Program-made: the position numbers and the translations under genes | Shown: positions 52,368 to 64,000 of the stretch, piece by piece | Position numbering within the stretch: the first letter of the stretch is position 1 | Layout of the letters: each line of letters opens with the position of its first letter | NCBI RefSeq assembly: GCF_006345805.1 | Contig: NC_043004.1 | Coordinates: 3,224,001-3,288,000 of the forward strand | Direction of reading: 5' to 3' | DNA length: 64,000 nucleotides | Source: Octopus sinensis | Taxonomy: Eukaryota | Notes under the pieces: generated by a model | The model's input: the letters and a program-made list of their open reading frames with translations, nothing else | What the model was told of the DNA's origin: nothing | Database searches by the model: none

Positions 52368-52472
<105 letters not shown>

Positions 52473-52482
52473 GTTGTTGTTA

Positions 52483-52700
52483 AGGCGGTGAGGTGGCAGA
52501 ATCGTAAGTACGCCGGGCAAAACCCTTAACGGCATTTCGTCCATCTTCACGTTCAGAGTTCAAATTCCACCGAGGTCGACTTTGCCTGTCATCCTTTCGG
52601 GGTCGATGAAATAAGTAGCAGTTATGTACTGGGGTCGATGTAATCGATTTACCCGCTCCCCCGAACTTTCTGGCCTTCTGCCAAAATTTGAAACCATTAA
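52483..52700 (+). mobile_element. SINE family A monomer
   Basis: Head, core, CCAAAATTTGAAACCA tail, (ATT)n. Confidence 0.9.
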
Positions 52701-53519
52701 CATAATTATTATTACTGGGTTTTATCCTAGTCCCCCACGTGTTTTTTCTGTCACCATCAGTTTTCACACACTCCCTGTCGTTCTGACCCCGAAAGGAACT
52801 CGTTTGCTTCCTTCTTTCTTTCTCATTGTTTTAGAGAAACTAACACTCAGAATCAGGTGAGATTCCCCCTTTGGTGACGCCCCCGCCATATTATTTGCAT
52901 GAAAATTTGTCTTTACGTAAAACAAAAATTCCAAAAATTCTCTCATTGTGGTCGCTGTCAAGGAGAGGCGGATGACAAAGGAGTCACAAAAGTTCGATTG
53001 AAAGCAGCCCACATTTCTTCATCACAAAGAAATGGTGTCACCTGCTCACCATGGTATCGACAAGCTCTGACATCACTGCCACATCGGCCTTCATTACAAT
53101 ATTGATGTCACAATAGGGGGACATGTTGAACCGAAAGAATTGCGGTAGCAACGAAAACACCAACAGCGTCAGACGCAACCCAGAACAACAACAACATCAA
53201 CAAAAACAAAAGTAACAGCTTCACAAAACGTGCAACTGATCCACGGGGGGTAACCAACACATTTGGCTTGGGGTGAAGAAGCTTCCTGCAAACAGTGCAG
53301 GTTGACCCTTAAAAAGAGATACTTATCTACAAATAAATTGTATTTCCTCACTTCAGCAAAAAGGGAATAATTACTGGTACATTTTTTTGCCTTGGCACCC
53401 ACATAAATGAACCTTTCAGATTTAATTAGTAAATCATCTCTATTTATTGTATTCAGCAGCAAAAAACAGAAATTACATAACATTAATTAGACAGGTTCTA
53501 ACTAATGAGGTGGTGTCAG

Positions 53520-54604
53520 CTGTAACAATTTTCCCCGAGTGTGGGGTGTGTTGTGATACTTACTGGGGCTCTTTATTACAACTATCGATAAATTGGAATT
53601 ATGTTAACAAACAAGTTTAAAATGAATACGTCTCCTGCTTCTTGCATCTAGGAAGTATTATTTTAATAAATTAACTGTGCTTTGAACCACCTCATATTCT
53701 TTGATACTGAGAGTCCTCATCAGCCAAGTTCCCCATTGTTACATGTGCCATCTAGTCGGAATCGTCCTCCATTCACTTCTCACCACACAGATCACACAGA
53801 GAAGTCCTGTCGTCCATCGGTACAGTCAGTGTGTTCCCAGTCTTTACAGATCATGTATTGCACCCATTCTTCACCTGGAAGGGAGTTGGAATACCAATCT
53901 GAGCAGACAAGGCATTTCCAATCGGCGACTCGCTTGCTGCGAGGCTGCTTCCCTTTGCCTTTTCCTGTTTTACTTGACTTTCCCTTCCCATTTGTTGCCT
54001 TTTCTGTACCAGTTGCCTTCTTGGGTTTGGTTCATTTATTTCATCCCCTATGCGCTGATTTACAGCAACATCCCGTAATGATATCTTTTCATCCACAACT
54101 TTTCTGGCGGCTCTTTCCATGACATCAGAAGGGGTATCACCCTTTTGTAATTTTTAGGTATAGCGTTTTAAACTGAAAAAGAAGGGGTAAGTTGTTACAT
54201 GCCTGGGGTAAGTTGATACACTGTAACAATTAGCCCCAACCATGGATTTCTGGGGATCACCTTGTACACAGCACTAGCAATGCATGGCATCCAGGACACA
54301 CCTTCATGTATCGAAGGTAACTTCCAACACTTCCTAATGAGCCACAAACTACTTCAGTAACAGCATTTGTGCTTTAGTAGTTAAGGAAATAACTTTGTGG
54401 CAAAATTTCATTTTTGGAGTAAAAGATCGTTTTTTTAGCAATAAATTTCCTGGTGACAGCTCGCCAGTACAATACACATGTGCACTCATGATGCTATGGA
54501 GTTGGCCTTCACGAGGTAGAGACCCGAGTGCCACCTATTTCTTGAAGTTTGAAATAATGGGCTTGTAACAACTTACTCGTGTTACAACTAGGCCCGGTCT
54601 CCCC
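53520..54604 (-). mobile_element. pogo/Fot1-like DNA transposon, internally deleted
   Basis: TA|GGGGAGACCGGGCCTAGTTGTAACA terminus. HTH_psq-like MERAARKVVDEKISLRDVA is fused to a C-terminal PHD-like CLVCSDWYSNSLPGEEWVQ..CKDW.H.DC. Left end uncertain. Confidence 0.7.
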
Positions 54605-54881
54605 TACTTGTGATCTGTGTTTGTTTACATATCCACAAGGAAACAACTCTGACGGTGAGCCATTTCTACAACAGAGAACTGGAAACCCAAAGAGGGAGAA
54701 TGGTGCGTCTCGGGAGCTTCTGAAGAGGGCCTACCAACATCAAAACAAAGAAAAACGAAAAAAACCCAATCGAGTAAAGAACTTATGGAATCGAACCTCT
54801 GAACTGGTTTGCTGAAAGCCCCGATTTTTATTGAACGGATATAGTAACATGTTGATAGAAAGATGTAAAATCGCTGAAAAA

Positions 54882-55116
54882 AAGAACAATAATTGTGGAG
54901 TTGTGAGAATAAAGATAGATCAATCTGTCATTCATGTTTTAATCAAATCGATACCCAATCGGGTGAAACCTGTTATATATAAATGAAGGGAAGACTTCTC
55001 AAACATTGTAAGAAGCTTTCATTTATTTTCGGTAATTTTTCATAAAGTCATTACAGGAGAAACTAACATTGGGATTTATTATCCCGATAATAAAGTTGTT
55101 ATAGGCCACCCAATGT
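54882..55116 (+). repeat. Unclassified dispersed repeat, copy 2
   Basis: Colinear with 39700-39955. Confidence 0.85.
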
Positions 55117-55530
55117 GTGTGTGTGCGTGTGCGTGTGTGAGTGTGTGTGTGTGTGTGTGCGTGCGTGCGTGTGTGTGCTTATACACACACATTGTTACGA
55201 TTACTGATTCCATCTCATACAAAGGTGAAGGTCCGACATGTATTCATGTAAACTAGCCATGTCTAGTTTGGGCCCTCTTTTATCCCCTGTGTCTCTCTGC
55301 TTTCTGCTAATTCAAGTAGACCCGTCCATTCTACGGCATAATGCATCAGCAGACTTTCAGATAAAGCAGAGGCTCGTGGTTCAATCCTTGCTGTCGTCCC
55401 CTCGTTACTTTTTCTCTATACGTGTGATACTTTCAATGTGTAAGCGGTGTGTGGCTGAATAGGTTATAAGATCGCTTCACAAGCAGGAAGTCCTGGGACT
55501 TAATTCTCTACATTAAAATATTTCTCCATC

Positions 55531-55911
55531 GTCATCATGATACTCCGTCGATTACGACGACATGGATTCCAGTTGATCCGATCAACGGAACAACCTGCTC
55601 GTGAAATTAACCTGCAAGTGGCTGAGCACTCCACAAACACGTCTACCCGTAACGTAGTTCTCGGGGAGATTCAGCGTGACACAAAGTATGACAATGCTGG
55701 CCCTTTGAAATACGGCTTCAGCAGAAACAGGAAGAAAGAGTGAGAGAAAGTTGTGGTGAAAGAATACAACAGGATTCGCCACACCTGCCGGAGCCTCGTG
55801 GGGCTTTAGGTGTTTCCGCTCAATAAACACTCAGAACGCCCGGTCTGGGAATCGAAACCGCAATGCTACGACCGCGAGTTCGCTGCCCTAATCACTCGGC
55901 CATTGCGCATC
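55531..55911 (-). mobile_element. tRNA-derived SINE family D, full length
   Basis: GCGCAATGGCCGAGTG A-box, GGTTTCGATTCCC B-box, perfect 12-bp TSD TATTTCTCCATC (55519-55530 / 55912-55923). Confidence 0.92.
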
Positions 55912-56567
55912 TATTTCTCCATCAGGTGATACACAGAATAATTTCCGTATGAATTGTCAATCCGTGTGATTTTCCCACATCTCATAGCACTCCCATTGCC
56001 TCAGTGACCTTTTTACGTCTTTCGTTAATGACAGTTTCTAAAGATCCATCGTTTACTACGACGGAAGAGATTTAAACTTATGTCATTATTCTTTTGTCAA
56101 CCCGTTCAGTGACATATTTCAGGAATAAGTTTTTACGATCTTCATAATTTTAATAATATTGATATTCGTATTTAATCCCATTTTTTCTATTTCATCAAGC
56201 TTCAATCTGACTATTTGTATTTTTTATGATTCTGTAAATTCCTTCAAAGCCATTTCTTCAATTTTAAGTTGTGTACTTCATGGAGTAATTTATCAAGACA
56301 GAAAGCAAGAGAAGAGACTTCCTTGCGACCCTCCACTCTCAGCCTCAAATTCATTTGGGTGCTGCCCGTCGACATTCCTCGACGTTTAAACCTTATTCTT
56401 CGACATATTATCAATCTACCTAGCTTTCTATCTTTGTAACTACCTAGCTAAATATACATGCACACACACAATCACATACACACGGACACAAGACTCATAT
56501 ATATATATATATATATATATATCTTTACGTTTCTATCTCTCCCTTTCTCTCTCTCTCTCTCTCTTTG

Positions 56568-56608
<41 letters not shown>

Positions 56609-56641
56609 GTGCGTGTGTGTATGCATTATGTATATATATAT

Positions 56642-57045
56642 ACTAGCAGAGAAACCCGGCGTTGCCCGGTTACATTCAATTGAAGAATTAGACTTTTCTG
56701 TTATATTTTTTGTTATGAACTGGAATATCTATGTTTTGAATTTCATCAAAATTGCAGATGAGGGTTATTTCCCTCTTTATACACCCTAAAAAATTTGTAA
56801 TCGTGCCACATGTATCCCATACTACTGATTTTTATGCGCATATTCCAAAATTCCAGTGTTATTGAACCTGCTAAAAAGATTTTGCTCCTAAAAAATGAAG
56901 GTCATGGAGCTCTAAAATGTGAGAGTTAAGGTTTGTAAAAGAGAGCAAAGCTACAGGAAACCAAAAGACGAATGGTCAAAATAAGCAGTCAGTTACCCTA
57001 CCCTAGTCTTTACTTGAAGTACCGGTTCAAGAACTATGTTTTAAA
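56642..57045 (+). mobile_element. Helitron/Helentron-like non-autonomous element in (TA)n
   Basis: ACTAGCAGAGAAACCCGGCGTTGCCCGG terminus with short hairpin; no TSD. Confidence 0.6.
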
Positions 57046-58100
57046 TATATATATGTGTGTGTGTGTGTATGTGGGTGGGTGTGTGTGTGTATACATATAT
57101 GTATACACACACATTCATACACAAACATTCATGTTGGCAATAGCAAAACACATACACTTACATACATACATATATGTACGATTGATTTGTTTCAGTTCCT
57201 GTCCACGAAATCCACACACATATATATATGTATGTATGTATACACACACACACACATATATATACATATATATACTTATGTATATACATTATATATATCA
57301 TATATATATATGTATGTATATAAATATATATATATATATTTATGTATGTATGTATGTATTTAGCCTCATACGTGCACACACACTCATTAAAACAAGCTAT
57401 CTTAGATGGCGAGTAAATATAAAATTAACCCATTAAAATCAATAAAATATTTCTGTAAGCTAATTACATGTCGATTTTCTGTCAACTAAAGCGTTAATTA
57501 TTTTATCGCCAGGTTTATACGAAAACAATGCCAAGATCTTATCCTTGTCCAAAACAGTTGAGTGTTCATACCTCATTAACTTTATGGTGTCACAACACTG
57601 CTTGCAATGAATGACATGTTAGTTTTTTTACTTTTTTGTTTTTATTTATGTTGTAATAATAATGTGTGTAAGAGGAGGTTTAAAATGTTTGTCTCCGGCG
57701 TAGAGAAAATGCTATTAAATAACGAGTAACATAACAACGCAAACAGGATATAATGTGATGTAATTAGTGGATGATTTTAATAGGCCATCATTAAATGTTT
57801 ATTTCAAGGTAATCGATTGAGTAAAATTAATTGGGTAGGGAATAGTTATTGGCAGGTCAACATTTTTCATGGAACATCTGTGTTGTGACACCCAAACATA
57901 CACGTCAGTGGGTGTCATTGATAAGGAGGTTCATTCCGTAATTTAAATCGATACAACAAATGATGACTGTATAAAAACCTGAAGAGGAGCAGATGAGAAA
58001 AAATACAATATTAATATAGATATATAGTATTAAAATAGAGAGTGTATAATGTAATAAAACAGAATATAGAACTAAATATACTTACAATGGAATCCATTGG

Positions 58101-58690
58101 CAGCCCCGTCACCTGACTTTTAGAGGCCCCCTGCAACTTTTTGTTTCGAGGCCCCATTCCTTCAATCAAAATTCACAATCTACGCACCTTTTATTCATAG
58201 CTATATTTTACTTTATTCTACCTCAGATTCAGTATTTCACGTTATCATAAAGAACATCTTTAAAAGTACAAGAAGTTAAATTTGTTTACAAATTTCAACA
58301 AGTAAAATTTCCAGATATAAATAGAAGAGCATTTTTATAATCCAGGAAACTTTCAAAGACAAACACGGTGCACTTTTCCCTACCTGAAATCATCGATCAG
58401 TTCAGAATAATCAAGCTGAGAGCTAAGTTCATGTTCAATAGATTTCATAGACAATCCACAAAGTCTGGTACACGTTCGTGGTACAATGTTAATATTTTTA
58501 CAAGAACTTTTGCAGGTACAATGTATTACTATTTTATTTCTTGAGATTTTGAGTTAACATAGTTTAATTTCTTGTTCAACATCTTAACCAAAGTAAATAG
58601 ATGACTCATCTACGTACTTTGATCTTAACATGGGACACCTCAACCGCGGAGGCCCCCTGCAGAGGTTCCAGGGGCTTGACGACGGCCCTG
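58101..58690 (-). mobile_element. hAT (Tip100-like) deletion derivative
   Basis: CAGCCCCGTC / GACGGCCCTG ends, 8-bp TSD TCCATTGG/TCCATTGT, RLCGLSMKSIEHELSSQLDYSELIDDF dimerisation-domain tail. Confidence 0.85.
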
Positions 58691-58771
58691 TCCATTGTGA
58701 GTTTTATGATAAAGATGATTTTAACGAGAATAGTTACCTATAACATTGACAATGCCGTTAAAGGTTTACAT

Positions 58772-58830
<59 letters not shown>

Positions 58831-59054
58831 GTGATCAGTTGTTGCTCGCATGAACTCTATAAATTATTGCGGGAAGAAATTTGATAAAAGCGATAAAAGA
58901 GAAAAACTCAGTAGAATATGTGTCGAAATGGCAATTTCACTCTGGCAGGAAATGGAATACAGATCTACAAAAATATGTGAATTAACAGGAAACATCTTGT
59001 TAATAATACATTGCCGCAAAGTCTAAATATTCTTCGAAAACAAATCTCAAATAT

Positions 59055-59878
59055 TTATTTCTTTACTGCCCACAAGGGGCTAAACATAGAGAGGACAACA
59101 ATAACAGACAAACAGATTAAGTTGATTAGATCGACCCCAGTGCGTAAATGGTACTTAATTTATCGACCCCGAAAGGATGAAAGGCAAAGTCGACCTCGGC
59201 GGAATTTGAACTCAAACGTAACGGCAGAGGGAATGCCTATTTCTTTACTACCCACAAGGGGCTACACACAGAGGAGACAAACAAGGACAGACAGACGGAT
59301 TAAATTGATTATATAGACCCCAGTTCGTAACTGGTAATTAATTTATCGACCCCGAAAGGATGAAAGGCAAAGTCGACCTCGGCGGAATTTGAACTCAAAG
59401 CGTAAAGGCAGACGAAATACCTATTTCTTTACTACCGACAAGGGCATAAACACAGAGGGAACAAACAAGGACAGACAAACGGATTAAGTCGATTATATCG
59501 ACCCCAGTGCGTAACTGGTACTTATTTAATCGACCCCGAAAGGATGAAAGGCAAAGTCGACCTCGGCGGAATTTGAACTCAGAGCGTAAAGGCAGACGAA
59601 ATACGGCTACGCATTTCGCCCGGCGTGCTAACGTTTCTGCCAGCTCGCCGCCCTTAAAAATATTCTTCTCTACTCTAGACACAAGGCTCAAATTTTTGTG
59701 AGAGGGGGCCAGTGGATTAGCTCAACCCCAGTACGTAACTGGTACTTAATTTATCGACCCCGCAAGGATGAAAGGCAATGTCGACCTCGGCGGAATTTGA
59801 ACTCAGAACATAAAGAGAGACGAAATACTGCTGAGCGTTTCGCCCGGCGTGCTAACGTTTCTGCCAGCGCGCTGCCTT
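59055..59878 (-). mobile_element. SINE family A trimer plus monomer
   Basis: Junctions near 59231 and 59414; two heads. Confidence 0.9.
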
Positions 59879-61554
59879 ACAAATCTCAAATATTACTCCA
59901 GTTAATTTGATTAGTTCGTTCTAATCCTCTGCATTAGAAATACATGATAGCCTAGATTAGAATATGAAACGTCGAAATAATGTCAGTTCATGAGCCAAAT
60001 ATTCCCAAGATGTTTATTGCAGTCTGCTAAAGTCAAGAAGCAAGCCTTTATTATATTTTATTTATTTTTTTCCCCGTTATAGCTGTATTTCTAAACGATC
60101 CCCTTCAGTTATCCAAGCCCTTGACCTGATGGAGAACGGCAAGACTAAAGGTTAGTGAACAGATCCTTTTGGTCATGAAATCCATTTTTATTTGCTGTCA
60201 TCATTCATTAGTGAAAATGGTATAATTGCCCCAGGTGGAATATGTCATTTCTCACAATGATATCCTCGGGTCAGAAATGAAAGGCGAAGAAAAATATTAA
60301 TATTCTAAGTTTCCTTTTTTCGTACAACTTTTTTCTATATATGTACATATATATTTTTTTTTCCTATCTTCTATTTCCTTTCACAACCATCCTAGTTTCT
60401 CATTGTCTATATTTTTTCCATCGTTTTTGTTTTTTGTTTGTTTTGCTTCTTTCCTTTTCTTTTGTGATTTTTATCATTTATCCATTCAGTTCTACATTTT
60501 TTTATGAAGATGGAGAAAAAAAAAAAAAAAGGAGCGCAGCAGACAAATGAATCTGTTCCGCTTCCGGCTAAACTCTATCAGCTTTACAGAGAATTCCTTT
60601 CATTGCTTGCCAGACATTTTTTTTTTATTATTTGACGAGAAATTTTGACAGCCTTTGCGGTATTGACAACGCTTGGCAGTGGGTCAAAGATGGAATTATG
60701 CTGAGAGACATAATTCGATATGAACCGACAGGCAATATAAATTATGCTCAGACAACGAATCAATTTTTCACATGATAATGTTTATTTCGATAAAATGATA
60801 TTTGATGTGGCTGCTAAATAATATAAAGTAATTGTACTTTGTGGTTAATTAAAAGGAAATAAAAAAAATAAAATGTTTTATTATCCTGTTCGGCTTCATT
60901 TTATTCTATGTAAAACAAAATGGAGATAAAGATATCATCTGACACTGATAAAAAAAAAACTATTCAAAAGCATTGACCTAAATAGCAATAAAAAGGGTCA
61001 GATTGGTGTCTGCTTCTACTCATAAATTACTTCAAATTTACACCTTTCTAACTGAACATGGTAGAATTGGTGATTTCTTATTTGACTGGAAACCCCCATG
61101 CATTTAATAATTCAACATCGAAATTTAGAACTTATATTTCATCGTTCGAAATGAACAACCTTGTTTTCTCTTATTGGGTGAGCTCAATATTTAAATCCGC
61201 ACCACGGTCAGTGGAGTCATTTACCTGGATGGTGCCTCGCAACAATAAAATGGCTTCAATCGATTTGTACAACGGTTCTAAAACAATTGAATACCAAATT
61301 CCCCAAAATAATAGCGAAGGTTTAGCACAATCATACACGCACACACACACATTCACTCACACATTCACACACATGTCACTTTATGAATGAAGACAATAAA
61401 TATGGTCCCTCGAATTATTCTTGTATCCAAAGAATTAATATTTTTCGCCATGGTCTTGAAGGAGTTTAAAATGTTGAAAAACCATTTTAATGGAACTAAT
61501 TCGACACAGCAACAATTTGTCCGGACCCCTTCTATGAGAAACACCGGATTTGTG

Positions 61555-61612
<58 letters not shown>

Positions 61613-61615
<3 letters not shown>

Positions 61616-61680
61616 TCACTGCCTGGAATCAAACTCGGAATTTTGGAGTTAGTAGCCTGCGCTCTTAACGCCATATGCCC
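61613..61680 (-). other. tRNA-like segment abutting the Penelope 3' UTR, followed by (AAT)n
   Basis: GGGCATATGGCGTTAAGAGCGCAGGCTACTAACTCCAAAATTCCGAGTTTGATTCCAGG; the A-box is partly deleted and the B-box is degenerate. Confidence 0.55.
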
Positions 61681-61709
61681 GTGGCCAATTATGGAGTGAA
61701 ATTTAGGGC

Positions 61710-62162
61710 TTATAAATCTAATATTTTCCTAGCCTTCCTTAATACCGGTTCCAATATGCTATTCATATCTGCACTCGGTCTGCTTAGGAGGTTGTTGTGT
61801 CCTAGCATATGTGCTGCTTCTTTTAATTTTCGTATTTTCCAGTGGTGTTCCCTGTCTATTATTTTAACTTCATTCCACAGGGGTAGGTGGATTCTGTTTT
61901 TCCATACATGATCAGCTATATAACCGATTTATCAATATCTCCCAGTGTCATAGCTTTGCAATGTTCGTCTACCCTTATTTTGATGGGGTGGCATTTTTCC
62001 CCTTTGTATAACCTACCACAGCTGCATTGGATGGAGTACAAGCAGTTCTTGGCCATATTCTCTTCTATTGGTGGTTTTACTCGAAGGAGATATTTGCGAA
62101 GAGTTGTATTACTCTTGAATACTACCCTTATTTCATATGGGCTGCATATCTTTTGTATATCG
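61710..62162 (-). mobile_element. Penelope-like element, GIY-YIG endonuclease 3' fragment
   Basis: KNCLYSIQCSCGRLYKGEKCHPIKIRVDEH...ADHVWK...KIIDREHHWKIRKLKEAAHM..*; frameshifted. Confidence 0.88.
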
Positions 62163-62228
62163 GGTGAACGTGTATGCGTGCGTGTGTGTGTGTGTGAGTT
62201 CCCGTGTATGTTCGTGTGCGTGCGTAGT

Positions 62229-62285
<57 letters not shown>

Positions 62286-62326
62286 CAGACAGATAGACAG
62301 ACAGACAGACAGACAGATATGTACAC

Positions 62327-62358
<32 letters not shown>

Positions 62359-63063
62359 TCTAGTTTCAGCTCAAGGGCTGTGGCCATGCTGGGAGCCCAA
62401 TTAATATATATATAGAGAGAGAGGGGGGAGAAAGGGTTTTTGAAGTAATGTACAGATATTATATATTGAGACTAACAAGGTAGTCTCTCTCCCCCTCCCT
62501 TCCTCCTTCCTTCCCTCCCCTTCTCTCCCTTTTTCTCTCTCCCCCTCTTTGTCTAAAACACCATCGGTTTCAATTTTATATAAAAATTTGAAGCAAACTT
62601 GCTATAAACCACTTTGTTGATAAATCCGATAACGGAAGAAAGCGCTAAAAAATGTAAATAAAAATATATTTAATCATCCAACATTCTGACTAGCTTGTTA
62701 TTCTCAATATATATATATATTGAGAAAAATATATATATACATATATACATATACATATAAGTGAATGTATATTTGTTTGTATAAGCGAGCTGTGTTGTTT
62801 CAGTAATTGTTGACGAAACTAGATTTATCAGGCTTAATCATCATTCCAGGCTGCCGTAAAGCCTATGGTTCAACTACGGTGTCTACGAAATAAGATCTTT
62901 AAAATGTAGATGAGACTAAATATATACTTTAATTAAATATGTATGTGTGTGTGTGTGTGTACGTTTATGCTGACTATCTATGTTACAAAATATGCGTTCA
63001 GGCAAATCCAGTCGGCATTGGTGTAGTGATGATTAAAATATCAAAGACGACCTTCCTTTGTAA

Positions 63064-63750
63064 CAGTGCTTCTTAAACTATGGGTCGCGACCCCAAATGG
63101 GATCGCAAAGCAAAATTACTGGGGTCGCGAAAATTAAAGTCATACATTTGAATTTCAGTTTGTATGTTATTTCCCAGATTTCAGTTTGTATGTTATTTCT
63201 GAAATGGCATTTTATGTTCTTCTGTCATTTAGCATCATATACCTATGTGAAAAGACTTGTTCAGCTTTAACCCTTATTAAGACCAAATATCGGTCAACGC
63301 TGAAAAACGTAGAAAACACTGTATGTCCAGCAGTGTCAAATATTACGCTAAGGTTTAATTTGTTATGCAGCAAAAAAAAGCACATCCGACACATTGGTTT
63401 TTACTTCGGTTTATGTTTTTTCTTTTCTTTACTTTGGCTTGTTTTTGTACTTGGAAAAAATCCTAAAACTACTTTTATTCTGACAATTAATATAACTGCT
63501 TTTTTATAAGTCTGCGATGGACTGGCGTCCCGTCCAGCTGGAAAACACATACGCCATTGAAACCGGGCCCATGAGCCTGGCTAGGCTTTAAAAGGGCGCA
63601 TTTATTTTATTTTTTTTTTTTTATAAGTATATTGTTAACCAAAAATAATGAATTTATTTGTATGTTTTATTTCATATTTAATACCTGGGGTCGCGGAACA
63701 TCTTATGATGAAAAATGGGGTCATGAATGAAAAACGCTTAAAGAGCGCTG
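63064..63750 (+). mobile_element. hAT-Charlie deletion derivative
   Basis: CAGTGCTTCTTAAAC / GCTTAAAGAGCGCTG ends, TSD CTTTGTAA/CTTTATAA, LLSFSIIYLCEKTCSALTLIKTKYRSTL dimerisation domain. Confidence 0.9.
63512..63618 (+). mobile_element. 5'-truncated SINE family C nested in the hAT element
   Basis: Matches the 3' part of 10251-10502; TSD TTTTATAAGT. Confidence 0.88.
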
Positions 63751-64000
63751 CTTTATAAATTCAGATTTAAACGTGATTTGAAGATTCGTCTTTAAATTTT
63801 ATTCCACATCTAGAGGACGCCGACAAATAAAGAGAAGAGTCAAGCTGCATTCCAAATTTCTTAGTGGAGTATGTAGTTGTGTTTACGTTCTTATCGCTCT
63901 TTCTAGGATCAATAAAATAGATATCATAAATAATTAAAATCCAGTTAATTAGCTATTACTGTTAATAACTTAAGAAAGTTGACCTTGTGATTGTTCTAAT

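Overview
AT-rich, microsatellite-saturated eukaryotic DNA, intronic or intergenic, with one 100-N assembly gap (37929-38028). The SINE families resemble those I know from Octopus (coleoid cephalopod); this is inferred, not checked. There is no complete protein-coding gene. Almost all listed ORFs are translations of simple repeats or decayed transposons. The window is a patchwork of tRNA-derived SINEs (at least 5 families), DNA-transposon remnants and MITEs (mariner/Tc1, pogo, hAT, piggyBac, Chapaev-like, Helentron-like) and non-LTR fragments (R4/Dong-like, RTE, Tx1/L1, Penelope GIY-YIG). Highlights: (i) five recognisable and two decayed minimal type I hammerhead ribozymes in short Penelope-like modules, mostly docked in (TA)n arrays; (ii) a candidate minus-strand first coding exon (26092-25966) preceded by a CpG-rich leader that folds into a multi-branched RNA; (iii) two mariner/Tc1 foldback elements built from two 3' ends; (iv) SINE multimers with an invariant palindromic junction; (v) an R4/Dong-like retroelement inserted twice in (CATA)n arrays. 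All calls are by eye; boundaries of decayed elements are approximate.
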